A stretch of DNA of 64,000 nucleotides from Mobula hypostoma (taxonomy: Eukaryota): NCBI RefSeq assembly GCF_963921235.1, contig NC_086097.1:148988001-149052000 (forward strand), given 5' to 3'. The position numbers and the translations under genes are program-made. This document shows positions 24,481 to 38,350 of this stretch, piece by piece. Position 1 is the first letter of the stretch. Each line of letters starts with the position of its first letter. Below the pieces are notes generated by a model that worked only from the letters and a program-made list of their open reading frames with translations, was not told the origin of the DNA and searched no databases.

Positions 24481-25733
24481 CATAGAAACATAGAAACATA
24501 GAAAATAGGTGCAGGAGTAGGCCATTCGGCCCTTCGAGCCTGCACCGCCATTTATTATGATCATGGCTGATCATCCAACTCAGAACCCCACCCCAGCCTT
24601 CCCTCCATATCCCCTGACCCCTGTAGCCACAAGGGCCATATCTAACTCCCTCTTAAACATAGCCAATGAACTGGCCTCAACAGTTTGCTGTGGCAGAGAA
24701 TTCCACAGATTCACCACTCTCTGTGTGAAGAAGTTTTTCCTAATCTCGGTCCTAAAAGGCTTCCCCTCTATCCTCAAACTGTGACCCCTCGTTCTGGACC
24801 TCCCCAACATCGGGAACAATCTTCCCGCATCTAGCCTGTCCAATCCCTCTAGGATCTTATACGTTTCAATCAGATCCCCCCTCAATCTTCTAAATTCCAA
24901 CGAGTACAAGCCCAGTTCATCCAGTCTTTCTTCATATGAAAGACCTGCCATCCCAGGAATCAATCTGGTGAACCTTCCTTGTACTCCCTCTATGGCAAAG
25001 ATGTCTTTCCTCAGATTAGGGGACCAAAACTGCACACAATACTCCAGGTGTGGTCTCACCAAGGCCTTGTACAACTGCAGTAGTACCTCCCTGCTCCTGT
25101 ACTCGAATCCTCTCGCTATAAATGCCAGCATACCGTTCGCCTTTTTCACCGCCTGCTGTACCTGCATGCCCACTTTCAATGACTGGTGTATAATGACACC
25201 CAGGTCTCGTTGCACCTCCCCTTTTCCTAATCGGCCACCATTCAGATAATAATCTGTTTTTCCTATTTTTGCCACCAAAGTGGATAACTTCACATTTATC
25301 CATATTAAATTGCATCTGCCATGAGTTTGCCCACTCACCCAACCTATCCAAGTCACCCCGCATCCTCTTAGCATCCCCCTCACTGCTAACACTGCCACCC
25401 AGCTTCGTGTCATCCGCTAACTTGGAGATGCTGCATTTAATTCCCTCATCCAAGTCATTAATATATATTGTAAACAACTGGGGTCCCAGCACTGAGCTTT
25501 GCGGTACCCCACTAGTTACCGCCTGCCATTCTGAAAAAGTCCCGTTTATTCCCACTCTTTGCTTCCTGTCTGCTAACCAATTCTCCACCCACACCAATAC
25601 CTTACCCCCAATACCGTGTGCTTTAAGTTTGCACACTAATCTCCTGTGTGGGACCTTGTCAAAAGCCTTTTGAAAATCCAAATATACCACATCCACTGGT
25701 TCTCCCCTATCCACTCTACTAGTTACATCCTCA
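24481..25733 (-). mobile_element. Young 5'-truncated CR1 LINE
   Basis: 'YLDFQKAFDKVPHRRL', 'GVPQSSVLGPQLF', 'SKLADDTKLGG', 'RPHLEYCVQFW'; one frameshift near 25260; (CATAGAAA)n tail. Confidence 0.95.
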
Positions 25734-26027
25734 GGTACCTTCAGGTACCTTCAGGTCCTTCTGCATATTGACACTAAGGGGCTGGTATGGTAGCCCCTCA
25801 AACACTTGAAATTTTGTTTCATCCCAGAGGGCCAGATGAGTGGCAGTGGTACAATGTACAGAAAATGTGCAAAACACTACCAATGTATAGAACTAGTAGC
25901 ACTGAATGTATTGACTGAGCAATGCCACAGATGTAAAAAGGGTCATGGAATGCTTTTTGTAATTCTATACAACCGATTTCAGTTCATAGGTCCAGTGATT
26001 AATCGGGGCAGGAGACTGTTGTCGAAT

Positions 26028-27900
26028 TAGACCATAAGACCACAAGACATAGGGGTAGAATTAGGCCATTCAGCCCATTGAGTCCATTTTGCCATTTCAT
26101 CATGGCTGATCCCAGATTCCATTCAACCCATACACCTGCCCTCTCACCACATCCCTTGATGCTCCAACCAATCAGGAAATGATCAACTTCTGCTTTAAAT
26201 ATACCCATGGACTTGACCTCCACTGCAGTCTGTGGCAGAGCATTCCACAGATTCACCACTCTTTGGCTTAAAGAAAATCCTCCTTACCTCTGTTCTAATA
26301 GGTCACCCCTCAATTTTGCGGCTGTGGCCCCCTGATTCTGGATACCCCACCAGAGGAAACACCTTATCTAGTGCTTTCAACATTCAGTAGGTTTCAATGA
26401 GATCCCCACCCATTCTTCTAAATTCCAGTGAGTACAGGGCCAAAGCTGCCAGACCCATCTCATATGTTAACCTCTTCATTCCCGGAATCATCCTCGTGAA
26501 CCTCCTCTGGAATCTCTGCAATGACAGTACATCCTTTTTGAGATAAGGGGTCCAAAACTGTTGACAATACTCCAAGTGTGGCCTGACTAGTTTCAGCAGT
26601 ATCTCCTTGCCTATATCTTCTACTCCCCTTGAAATAACTGCCAACATGCATTTGCCTTCTTTACCACAGACTCAACTTGTGAATTAACCTTCTGGGAGTC
26701 TTGCTGAAGGACACCTAAGTTCCTCTGCAACGCTAATGTTTGAATTTTCTTCCCATTTAGATAATAGTCTGCACTATTGTTCCTTTTACAATAGTGCAAT
26801 AGCGGACTCATATTTGCAATTTTCTAGTCCTCCGGGACCATGCCAGAATCAAGTGATTCTTGAAAGATCATGATCAATACATCCATTACGTCTTCAGCAA
26901 CCTCTGTCAGGAATCTGGGATGTAGTCCATCTGGTCCAGGTGACTTATCCACCTTAAGACCTTTCAGTGTACCTAGCACTTTTCCCATTGTACAGTAATA
27001 GCAATGGCACTCACTCCTGCTCCCTAACATTCATAGACCTCTGGCACACAGCTAGTGTCTTCCACAGTAAAAGCTGAAGCAAAGTATTACTAAGTTTATC
27101 AGCCATTTTCCAGTGGTCCAACATTAACTCTCACCTCCATTTTATTCTTTATATAACTGAAAAAATTTCTAGCACCCTGCTATTATCGGCTAGTTTGCTC
27201 TCATATTTCATCTTCTCCCTTCTTAATAGGTTTTTTGGTTGCCTTTTGTTGGATATTAAAAACTTCCCAATCATCCAATTTCCCACTCATTTTTGCTGCC
27301 TTATATGCTTGGCTGTTATGCAGTTCTTAACCTCCCTTATCAGCCACAGATGCCTACCCATATCAGCTGAGAACAACTTCTTCTGTGGGACATATCTAAC
27401 CTGTGCCTTGTGGTCTATTCCCAGAAACTTCAGTCACCTCTACTCTGCTGTCCTCATCGCCTGTTTCCTCCTCCAATCCACCTGGGCAAGCTCCTCTCTC
27501 TTGCCTTTGGAATTCCCTTTATTCCATTGTGATACTGATGCATGTGACTTCTACTTCACCCTCTCAAACACCTTCAGTCCTGCATTCTTCGCCCTTATGA
27601 ATTTTGTCTCTGTGGAACAACTTAACGTTTTGCTTTGTCTGCAGTTGTACCCAATCATCTTCCTGTCCTTCCTTACGTTCATATTACAAATTACAAATTA
27701 TATCATCTACTTGTAAACCTGCTGGCTCATCTTCAGCACTTTCATACAGGTTCCCATCCCCCTGCCATTTTAGTTTGAACTACTCTAGCAAACCTGTCCC
27801 CAAGATTCCAGTGCAACCCATCCCTCTTATACAGGTCACACCCACCCCAGAAGAGGCTCCAGTTGTCCAGAAATCTGAATCCCTGAATAGTTCCTTACTA
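26028..27900 (-). mobile_element. Older CR1 LINE with internal deletions
   Basis: 'KSPGPDGLHPRFL', 'VRPHLEYCQQFW', 'VNLWNALP'. Confidence 0.85.
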
Positions 27901-27903
27901 ACA

Positions 27904-28936
27904 TAGGCAACACTTGTGTGGCTGTTAGACACTGCACCGTGCTTAGAGCAGTTTTTAAATAGCATCAGTTGCGTGTGCTTGTGTTCAAAAAGCAGTGATT
28001 TTTGTCACTAAAAGTTGGCTAGAAATAAGCAGTAGGACAATTCAAAACTGATTTGCTCATCGCAATTTCAAGCATTCAGGTTTGGAAATGCCAGAAAAGT
28101 CCAGGAGTGAAAATGAAACAGCTTCAGAAATTTAACAGTCCATTATCTGCCCCAGGAGACTACACTAATTTTGTTCATTTAATCAAAAGAACATGGTAGT
28201 GTGCTGATTGTCCGATGATGACAGTGAAGCTTGTGCGGGAGAGTTTTTAAAGTGGAAGAGCCATTGCACTGGGACAGATCCACTCTCTACCTCGGAAGTA
28301 CAGGTCCAGTGGTACGAATAGTCATCACAAACTTGGTTGCAGTGGAAAACCATGACTTGTTTTGTGCCTTTTCATGCCCTCCACTCTCCATGAAGTGTTG
28401 CAGAGCTGTCTTCTTGGCTGTTGCATCTCACTGTTGATCTCATCCGCCCAGCCACCGAAGCTGACTTCGCGTGCTAGGACAGGCGTGTCTGTCTCACTGG
28501 TGTGTGAGGTCTGCTGGCTACCTTCACCAGGGTTAGCTCACCTGTTGAAACTGTCACAGCTACTTGGAGCCACAGGTGAGAACTGAGTGGCTGGAGGGGG
28601 CCAAGGGTGAGTGAGCTACCCCAGAATGGACACGACAAGTTCCCTACACAAGAGTTGCTACCCCTCCCTCGTCACCCCATTCACAGCAGTGTACATTGGA
28701 TGAATTCCTCCATCAATAACTGTTAGGAGCCAATACACAGTTTGATAGTGCTGTAGTAGTACTGGCAATGTTCTAATTTCATTTAAATACATAATTTGTT
28801 ACACAGTTAAATGGTAGTTTGTCTTTTTTACACCTTTTTAAACTATTTCTATGGAACTTCGGCTAATTGGGGCATTTGCTTAGTGGGGCCAAAATTTACT
28901 GGTCCCGACGTGTGCCAATTTAGCTGGAATCCAGTG
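27904..28936. mobile_element. Probable pogo/Tigger-like MITE carrying a nested LINE-derived fragment (~28170-28680)
   Basis: Right end 'ccaatttagctggaatccagtg' looks like a Tigger-type TIR; left TIR not seen; nested piece is compositionally distinct. Confidence 0.45.
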
Positions 28937-31250
28937 TGCTTTTTATCAGTAATGTTTATACTTGAAATTAAAATAAAGGGCAGCAAGCTCATGGGACCAC
29001 TACTTGCTGTTTCCCCTCCGAATCAATTACCACCATGACATAGAATATATTGTCAATCCTTGGGTGTAATTACGAGAATTCACTGCTAAATAGCAGTGAG
29101 ATTGCCTTCAGAGGGGTTGCAGCCGTTTGAAGTGAATCACCATAACCCTGTTAAGGACAATTAGAGACGAGCTATTGCAGTGATGTTCACATCCCAATAA
29201 GTGATTTTATTTTTTAAACGGAGATAAGTAGAAGTTTCCATTTGCAGTAGTAGAACATGCTTGGGAGGATGAAGAGCCAGCTCCTATTCCTACATTCCAT
29301 AGAGTGAATTAGGCAATGATGTTGCCTTTTCCCAGCTATTTATTGCTCTGCAGTGCCATATTGGATTATAGCTTTGCTATTGTTATATTTTAGTTAAAAC
29401 TTCATGAGAGTCACAAGCATTGAAATATCCCACCTCAAGAAATCTTTCTTTTGCTGTTAGGTCAAAGATCGTTCATATAAATGGGCACCTTTGTCAGTGC
29501 TGTGTGCTGTACCTGGCTCCTGTAACCTTTATTCTTGTTGTGTAGACTTTTGGCTTTTAAACCCAGTCATTTTACTCAATAGCCACTTTTGAACAACAGT
29601 CAAGGTCAGCACTGTGAGTTATGAAGGAGGATGGATTTTTCTCTCCACAGCTTTAGGTGCTTTGAATGTTGAGGATAATTTATAATTATTTGAACTGAGT
29701 CACAGGTATAGTTCAGCAACCTGCTCCCGCCACCACTTTGCAGGTATAAATAAACGAAGGCATATCAAATTTCGTATGCTCAAATTTGGTGCTTGTTCAA
29801 ATATTGTCAGTTGGTCAGCTGCACCTTCCAATCTTGCACCTCAAAATTGTACAATAGAACTTAGAGGGTCACACATAGAGCTGGCAGCAGTTCATGAAGG
29901 TCAACTGAAACATAAAGTGTAAAAGTGTATTTTGTATCAAGGGGTGGATTTGTTCATCACCAGTCTGATTGATCTGATTTTGATGTAATGGCTGGGGAGG
30001 GGAGAGAGAAGAAATTCTTGTGTGGTAGCTGACCTGCTACGTGAATCCCCTTTGTGCATTAATCCCACTTCCATTCTCTTCCCACTTGTCACCCCAGACT
30101 CTTCGAGATAGTGGGGCAGAACTTTTTTCCTCTTATGTACACTAGACACAGTATGATGGTACAGGCACTTTGTGTATGAACTCTACTAATGAAGTTTATT
30201 AGTCTTTATTTATAATAGGTTTGATTTATTATTTTCACATATATTGAGATATAGTGAAATGCTTTTGTCCATGTGCCATCCAGACAACTGTTCCACATAT
30301 ATCTACATAGAGGTAGTAAAAGGGAGAAACAAAATGTGTACTAATGGTGTTACTGATACAGAGAAAGTGCAGGATCTGGACAGTACAAGGGCCTTGACAA
30401 GGTAGATATGGGGATCCAGAGTTTATCTTTTAATGTATGTTCAGGGGTCTGTTAACAGCAGGATAGAAGCTGTCCTTGAGCCTGGTGGTACAGTACGATC
30501 AGACTCACATCTGCACAGTGGTAATGGTCATTTTGCAGTTTGCATCCTGTTGCTATGAAATAATGTAACTACTGAACACTGGATAAAGGTAAGCACTTAT
30601 TTTAGTTTAGTCCTTTTTAATTGTTTGTTAGTGTGTCAGTGTGCTGCTTATTTTTTTAAATAAAAAATCCTTTAAATCTATTTGATTAGTTTTTAATAGC
30701 TTCCTTAAAATATTAAAAGCATTTCAAATGTTCCTGAGGGCCATTGGGCTTCAAAGGCTGTTGGGGCATTCCAGAGCAGTGTCTCAGAGGCTTAGACATC
30801 TTTTATTTCCTCTCTGTCTATCCAGATGTCTATTTGGTAGCAGGTCCTGGGTGGTGGGGGGGGGGGTGGGAAGGTAGGGGTTCAATTCATCCAGGCCTCC
30901 ACGTATGGAAGACAAATTTGTAGAAAGGGGGAAGCAGCAGGTGACAAGTGAGGTACGGCACAGTTCAGTCCATACCCTACCTTACGACTTGCATCAGGTT
31001 CTGTGGAACCTAAACAAAAAAAAAATTAGTATTTATGTCTGGAGCCCTACAGGAGTGTACTGTTGCACAGAATTGCACCTCATATGTGTGTAATACCAGG
31101 GCACTAAATTGAAAGGTGAAGCTGTATCTGTGGAAAGGGAAAATGATTTAATGTTTCAACTCAGAGATCCGTTGTCGGGACTGGAAAAGAGAGAAGGCAC
31201 AGGTTAATTTTCAGCTGCAGAGAAGGTAAGTTGAGAAATAGCTGGGATAA

Positions 31251-31313
31251 ACTACTACTACTACTACGTCGACTCAGGCCTAGGGGGCCAGCGTCGGGCA
31301 CGGTGACGGACTC
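31251..31313 (-). mobile_element. Very short LINE 3' end with (TAG)n tail
   Basis: (ACT)5-6 followed by a 45-bp CpG-rich segment. Confidence 0.5.
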
Positions 31314-32208
31314 TTGAAGGAAATATTTATTATCAGATACTCCAAGGACAGTAGAAGTATAGTGCCAACCAATCACAAAGACTTTGTCCTAGCAGCCTAT
31401 TCTTAACCTTCTTGGTCTATAACTGCGACTAGATGCATAGTGTGTTCAGAATCCCTCCTTAGTGAGGCAGTTCTCCATGAATGGGTTCAGTAATGAGTCC
31501 AACAATGGAACAGACCTTGCGACCATTCAGCCAGATTCATTCCTTATTTTCTTTAAGTATAATCTTAAGGTGTGACTCCTGAAGTCAACAAGCATGTATT
31601 TCTGACTGGAAAGAGATTAGGTCCCCCTTTCTCTTTTGAACAGTATCAAAGTATGTGTGGATGGGATGTCGCAATGCTTTTAAGCACAGGAACTGGATGA
31701 CAGAATAATGTGTTGAAAAGAATGCACTAACCGGTGGAGCACTGGAAGCTCGGTGACATGGTGAGAGATGCAGTTTACAATCAGTACACTGCTGGCACGA
31801 AGTCCATATAATTTGTAGGTGCCACGCCTTTACAGTCCTCGGAATGGAGACTCCACGATAAATTTGAGATTTTCCAAAGAGCATGCAAGCTAAAATAGTT
31901 AACTGCACACAGATGTGAGTCAAACCCGGATCCAGCTCTGTGTACGTGGTTCAGTTTCAAACCGTGTACATTAACGATTGGCATTAATTGTCACATGTAC
32001 CTTGAAACATGCAGTGAAATGCATTATTTGCATCAATGACCAACAGTCTGAGGATGTGCTGGGGCAGCCTACAAGTGATTCACTTCCTGAATCAAAAACC
32101 ATTCAAGTAATTTGTGGGCACATTCACAGTGCAGTTGGGAGCTGACTCAATTAAAGACTGTAGAGGAGGAAATTCCCTCTGGTGCAAATCCTACCCCAAT
32201 CCTAATCC

Positions 32209-32556
32209 ACAAGACCACAAGACAAAGGAGCAGAAGTCGGCCATTCGGCCCATCGAGTCTGCTCCGCCATTTTATCATGAGCTGATCCATTCTCCCATTT
32301 AGTCCCACTCCCCCGCCTTCTCACCATAACCTTTGTGATGCCCTGGCTACTCAGATACCTATCAATCTTTGCCTTAAATACACCCAATGACTTGGCCTCC
32401 ACTGCTGCCCGTGGCAACAACTTCCGTAGAGTCACCACCCTCTGACTAAAAAAATTTCTTCGCATTTCTGTTCTGAATGGGCGCCCTTCAATCCTTAAGT
32501 CATGCCCTCTCGTACTAGACTCCCCCATCGTGGGAAACAACTTTGCCACATCCACT
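32209..32556 (-). mobile_element. Young short CR1 3' end
   Basis: 'TRGHDLRIEGRPFRTEMRRNFFSQRVV'; TSD ctaatcc at 32202-32208 and 32557-32563. Confidence 0.9.
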
Positions 32557-32864
32557 CTAATCCCTGGAACATCATATTACTTGTCCATAACGATGTACAC
32601 AGAGATACAACAGGAACAGCAATGGGCCACTCAGTCCTGAAGCATGCTCCACTAACTGTATTATGACTGATGTGATAATAACATAAAGAGTGGATAGAGG
32701 GAGGTATAGATTAGCTTTATTTGTCACATGTACTTTGAAACATACAGTGAAATGCATCATTTTGTCAAAACAAATCAGTGAAGGTGTGGCTCCGCAGCTC
32801 ACAAGGGTCACCACGTTTATGGTGCCAACATAGCATACCTACAACTTACTAACCCTAAGGTACA

Positions 32865-33010
32865 GTACTATCTTTGGAATGTGGGAGGAAACCCACGCAG
32901 TGACAGGGAGAACATACAAGCTCCTTTCAGACAGCAGTGGGAATCGAACCTAAATCTTACAGCTGGCGCGGTAATAGTGTTACGCGATCTGCTGTGCTGA
33001 CGTGCCACCC
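32865..33010 (-). mobile_element. tRNA-derived SINE (V-SINE/HE1-like)
   Basis: B-box-like ggttcgattccc on minus; central 'aaggagcttgtatgttctccctgt...gtgggtttcc' shared with the copy at 48128-48400. Confidence 0.7.
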
Positions 33011-33924
33011 CACAGTGCAGTCCTGTCACCTACATCTACCTTTCACCACCTCTACCACTACCACCCCACCCCACTCATTGCTTATCAAGTATCTGCCTAA
33101 AGGTCCAAAGGTTCATTTTTATTGTCAAAGTATGCATGTACGATACAACTCTGAAACTTGTCTACTCCAGGTAACCATTAAATACAGAAAGACCATGAGT
33201 GTTGATGAAAGAAGAGAAACAGAACCCTAACCATACCGCAGCAAAAAAACAGCCTTGATAACTATCATTGATCCCCTACACATAACAATCCCGATTCCAT
33301 CACTCAAAGAACAGAAGAGCGACAGTAGCACCAAACCTCCAACCTCCCCTCTTAAAAAAATTAACAGATCACCTACCCACCAATCGTCTACAACAAAGGA
33401 AATTCCAAAAAACTGAGGACGATTGGTCTTTAAGTGCAGACACAGAGTAGTCCTATCACCTACAGCAACCTTTCAGCACCACTAACATCCCACCCATTGG
33501 TTATCAAGAATCTATCTAACTCTACCAAAAAAATATTCAGAGGCTCTGCTTCCACTGTCCTATGAGGAAGTCAATACAAAGGTATACAGTACTCTTAGGG
33601 AAAACATTTCATTTTAAATCTCTCTTAAATGATAACTCCTTATTTTTAAATAAGACCCCTAGTTCTAGGTTGCCAAAGAGTAACATTTTTTCCACATCCA
33701 TCCTTTCAGTGTTCCTCAGGATATAATATGTTTAGTTAAAGTCCACTCTTACTCTCCCAAGATCCAGTGGACACCATCCTCGTCTGTCTAAACTTTCTTT
33801 GATTTGCCTTTTCCAGGTATTGGACAAGTAAGACCCCTCAGAAATACTTCCAATACATTCATATTTTTACTTAAATGAATCCAGTCCTGTATGTAGTACT
33901 TGAGATATGGTATAAGAATATACT

Positions 33925-34703
33925 GTAATACCATAAGATATAGGAACCTATTGAGTCTGCTCCGCCATTCAATCATGGGCTGATCCAATTCATCCAGTCA
34001 TCCCTACTCCCCTAACTTTTCCCCATACCCTTTGATACCCTGGCTAATCAAGAACCTATCTATCTCTGCCTTAAATGCACCCAATGACTTGGCTTCCACA
34101 GCCACTCATGGCAACAAATTCCTCAGATTTACCACCCTCTGACTAAAGTAATTTCTCTGCATCTCAGTTCTAAATGGACGTCCTTCAAACCTGAAGTCGT
34201 GCCCTCTTGTCCTGGACTCCCCTATCATGGGAAGTAACTTTGCTACATCTAATCTGTTCAGGCCTTTTAACATTCGGAATGTTTCTATGAGATCCCCCCT
34301 CATTCTCCTGAACTCCAGGGAATACAGCCCAAGAGCTGCCAGACGTTCCTCATACAGTAACCCTTTCATTCCTGGAATCATTCTTGCCAATCTTCTCTGA
34401 ACCCTCTCCAATGTCAGCATATCCTTTCTAAAATAAGGAGCCCAAAACTGCACACAGTATTCCAAGTGTGTTCTCACAAATGCATTATAGAGCCTCAACA
34501 TCACATCCCTGCTCTAATATTCTGTACCTCTAGAAATGAAAGCCAATATTGCATTTGCCTTCTTCATCACTGACTCAACCTGCAGGTTAACCTTTAGGGT
34601 ATCCTGCACAAGGCCACCCAAGTCCCTTTGCATCTCTGCATTTTGAGTTCTCTCCCCATCTAAATAATAGTCTGCCCATTTATTTCTTTCACCAAACTGC
34701 ATG
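33925..34703 (-). mobile_element. CR1 LINE 3' part
   Basis: 'RTHLEYCVQFWAPY...LERVQRR...NYFSQRVVNL'. Confidence 0.9.
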
Positions 34704-34994
34704 AAAGTATCTCCAGTGTTCTGTACAATGCATTATCTTTTGCGTTGCCAGGCACATTCTAATGTTAGACAAAGTCTTTGTGTCACTCTGTTTACTCAAG
34801 CAAGATAAATAACACATGCTTTATGTATATATCTCCAGCAAGCCATGTTCGTTCACCATTAATATGACTCGATGTAATTATTTAATTTTCTGACAGGTGG
34901 ATTTAATTTTCAATTAATAGTTGGCCAAGAGAGGAGTATTAATCAAATAAATCAACTGTGTTTGTTGAGTTCCTCCAAAGATAGATATTTATGA

Positions 34995-35140
34995 AACACA
35001 CACAAAATGCTGGTGGAACTCAGCAGGCCAGGCAGCATTTATGGAAAAGAGTAAACAGTTGATGTTTTGGGCTGGAACCCTTCATCAGGACTGGAAAAAA
35101 AGATGAGTCAAAGTAGAAAGTTGGGGGAGGGGAGGAAGAG
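34995..35140 (-). mobile_element. PLE terminal module with mutated hammerhead (GAAA to AAAA)
   Basis: Minus strand cagtc-ctgatga-agggttccagccc-aaaac-atc-aactg. Confidence 0.85.
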
Positions 35141-35669
35141 GACCTTTATGAAGCACCTTTTTTGAATGAATGGCACTAAGAAGGAAATCTTCTCATGAAT
35201 TTGGCAATAGGTTTTATGTGATTGAAGAAAAGAGGAAGCCTGGGCAGATTATGTTTCTTTGTACTTTTTTTTCTGAGGTCATATTACACTGACATTCCAT
35301 CTATGGTGCTGAAGTCCTGATTATTCTTTAGATATTTTCATCAGTGAGAGAGAGAGGGAGAGAGATAACTAACTACCTATCTATCTGTCTAACTTTGGGA
35401 ACTGAGGGCTGAGGCTCATCCCAAAATTGGTTTAATTGAGGAACAGTTCACACCAACTGTCTCACTGTCCTCAAATAAATTGGAGTCATGAGAACAGGGA
35501 CAAGGGTAGAACACATTTCCAGTCATGTGTAAATCAGGGAGCAACAGTCCTCTTTCTGCAACTCTCCAAGAATGCAGTTATGAAGAAAAAAAATGTTGCA
35601 CTTACTTGGGATCTGCATGTACCACTGGTTCTGCTGTGTAATCCTTCACTTGGAAGAGTCCAGCAGATA

Positions 35670-35760
35670 TTTTCAATGTTGTATCATTTCTTAATGCATG
35701 CGTTACTAAATGACAATAAAAGAGGATTGCGTGTCTTCATAATCTAATCTAATCTAATCT
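35670..35760 (+). mobile_element. Short LINE 3' end with (AATCT)n tail
   Basis: aataaa followed by (aatct)4. Confidence 0.5.
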
Positions 35761-36747
35761 TCCAATAAAGATGCAAGTAGCCAAACACTTGCTTCAGGTA
35801 GGAAGCAGCCTTACCTGGAAAGTTGTCCTTAACTTTTGACATTCAACACTATTGTCCCATAGACCTTGGTGAACAAACTCCTACTCCTCAGTCTAAATAC
35901 ACCACTATGTAACTGGGTGTTGGACTTCATAACCAACAGATCTCTGATAGTCTGGATGAACATCTGCTCCTCCCGCCTCCCCCACTGGGCTTGTGTGCTG
36001 AGCTCACATGTGACTGCACGACCAAACACCCGAGTAATCACATTGTCAAGTTCGGCGATGACACAACAGTGCTGGGGTTCATTACCAACGACGATGAGAC
36101 AGCCAAGACAGAGGAAATGGGTGTGCTCGAGGTGTGCTGCCAGGCAAATAACCCCTTCTTCAATGAAAGCAAGACAAAGGAGATGATTATCGACTTCTGG
36201 AGAACTCGTACCACTCACATCCCTTTTTACATCATTGGCACAGCAGCGGTAATTGCAAGCAGTTTCAAACTCCTGGGAGTTCTACAACCACTCATAGTCC
36301 CAGAACACATTCCACTCAATCAGGAAAGCTCACCTCTATTTTCTGAGGAGGCCAAAGAGAGCTAGAGTACGCACATCTATACTTACATCCTTCTACAGAT
36401 GCGCAGTAGGGAGCAAGCTGCATCACTGCTTGGTATGAAAACTGCACTATGGCAGACAGGAAAGCTCCACAACAGGTAGTCAAAACTGCTCAATGCCCAC
36501 CCATCATCAAAGACATGCAATATATACGGAAAGGTGCTGGTAAAGGGTGAATAATATCATGAAGGATCCCACCCACCCTGTTCTTGGCCTGTTTGTCCCA
36601 CTCCCATCAGGGAGGAGGCTATGTAGTATCCATGCCAGGACCACCAGAGTCAAAAATAGTTAGTTTCCCCAAGCAGTAAGGCTGATCAACACCTCCAACA
36701 ACTAACCCACCTTTCTACTCCCTCAACCACCACTACTTTAACACATA

Positions 36748-38350
36748 GAGTGCCTAGAAAAAGTATTCACCTCCCCCCCCAGAAGTTTCCATGTTTTTTT
36801 TGTTTTACAACATTTAATTACAGTGGATTTAATTGGGCTTTATTGACACTGATCAAGAGAAAAAGACATTTCCTGATAAAGTGAAAACAGATTGCTACAA
36901 AGTGATCTAACTTAATTATAAGTATAAAATACAAAATAATTGATTGCATAAATATTCACCTCCTTTAATATGCCACACCAAATCATCACTGGTGCAGCCA
37001 ATTGGTTTTGGAAGTGATTAGTTAGATGGAGATCACCTGTGTGCAGCCAAGGTGTTTCAGTTGATTGTAATAACAATACACTGGTATCTGGAAGGTCCAA
37101 CTATTATTGAGTTAGTATCCTTGTAAAAACTATACCATGAAGACAAAAGAACACTCCAAGCAACTCTGTGAATAGGTTATTGAAAAGCACGAGTCAGGAG
37201 ATGGATACAAGGAAATTTCCAAGTCACTGAATATCCCTTTGAGTACAGTTAAGTCGATCATCAAGAAATGGAAAGAATATGGCACAACTGTAAACCTGCC
37301 TCGAGCAGGCTGTCCTCAAAAACTGAGTGACTGCAAGAAGGGGACTAGTGAGGGAGGCCACCAAGAAATCTATGATGGCTCTAGAGGATTTACAAGCTTC
37401 AGTGTTTGAGAAGGAGAGACTGCATAGAACAACCATTGTCCAGGTGCTTCACCAATCACAGCTTTATGGGAAAGTGACAAAAAGGAAACCATTGAAGAAA
37501 AACATCTTGGCTAGAGTTTGCCAGAAGGCATGTGGGAGACTCCAAAGTCAACTGGAAGAAGGTTCTATGGTCTGATGAAACCAAAATTGAGCTTTTTGGC
37601 TATCAGACTAAACGCTATGTTTGGTGTAATCCAAACACTGCACATCATCAAAAATGTACCATCCCTAATGTGAAGCATGGTGGTGACTGCATCATGCTGT
37701 GGGAAAGCTTCACTGCAGCAGGCTCTGGAAGGCTTGTGAAGGTAGAGGGTAAAATAAATGCAGCAAAATACAGGGAGATCCTTGAGGAAAACCTGATGCA
37801 GTCTGCAAGAGAATGACAACTTGGGAGAAGATTTGTTTTCCAGCAGACAATAAAGCCAAAGCTACACAGGAATGGCTTAAAAACAACAAAGTTAATGTCC
37901 TGGAGTGGCCATGTCAGAGTCCAGACCTCAATCCAATTGAGAATTTGTGGCTGAACTTGAAAAGCGCTGAATGCTCACAATCCCCATGCAATCTGACAGA
38001 GCTTGAGCAGTTTTGTAAAGAAGAATGGGGAAAAATTGCAGTGTCTAGATGTGCAAAACTGATAGAGACCTATCCACACTGACTCAAGGCTGTAATTGCT
38101 GCCAAAGGTGCATCTATTAAATACTGACTTGAAGAGGGTGAGTAATTATGCAATGAATTATTTTGTGTTTAATAATTGTAATAAAGTTGGACCTATTTGT
38201 AGAAATGTGTTTTCACTTTGACACGGTGTCTTTTCTGTTGATCAGGGTCAAAAAGGTCAAATTTAATCCACTCTGATTTAATGTTGTAAAACAATAAAAC
38301 ATGAAAACTTCTGCGGGGGGGGGGAGGGTGAGTACTTTTTATCGGCACTT
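36748..38350 (+). mobile_element. Near full-length Tc1-like transposon (IR/DR type), same family as 21170-22518
   Basis: ~210-bp inverted termini with inner direct repeats; TA flanks at 36746-36747 and 38351-38352. Confidence 0.95.
37137..38127 (+). pseudogene. Tc1 DDE transposase, frameshifted
   Basis: 'MKTKEHSKQL', 'VLWSDETKIELFG', 'KHGGDCIMLW', 'WPCQSPDLNPIENLW'. Confidence 0.9.

Noticed and set aside
27195..27716. 173-aa hydrophobic ORF as a membrane protein
   Set aside because: Antisense frame of a decayed CR1; hydrophobicity reflects the T-rich strand
29610..29616. CACTGTG heptamer as a V(D)J recombination signal
   Set aside because: No nonamer at 12- or 23-bp spacing
30539..30588. 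Plus-strand 50-nt exon candidate with good splice sites (ttttgcag|...|gtaagc)
   Set aside because: Stops in all three frames; could only be non-coding and cannot be supported without transcripts
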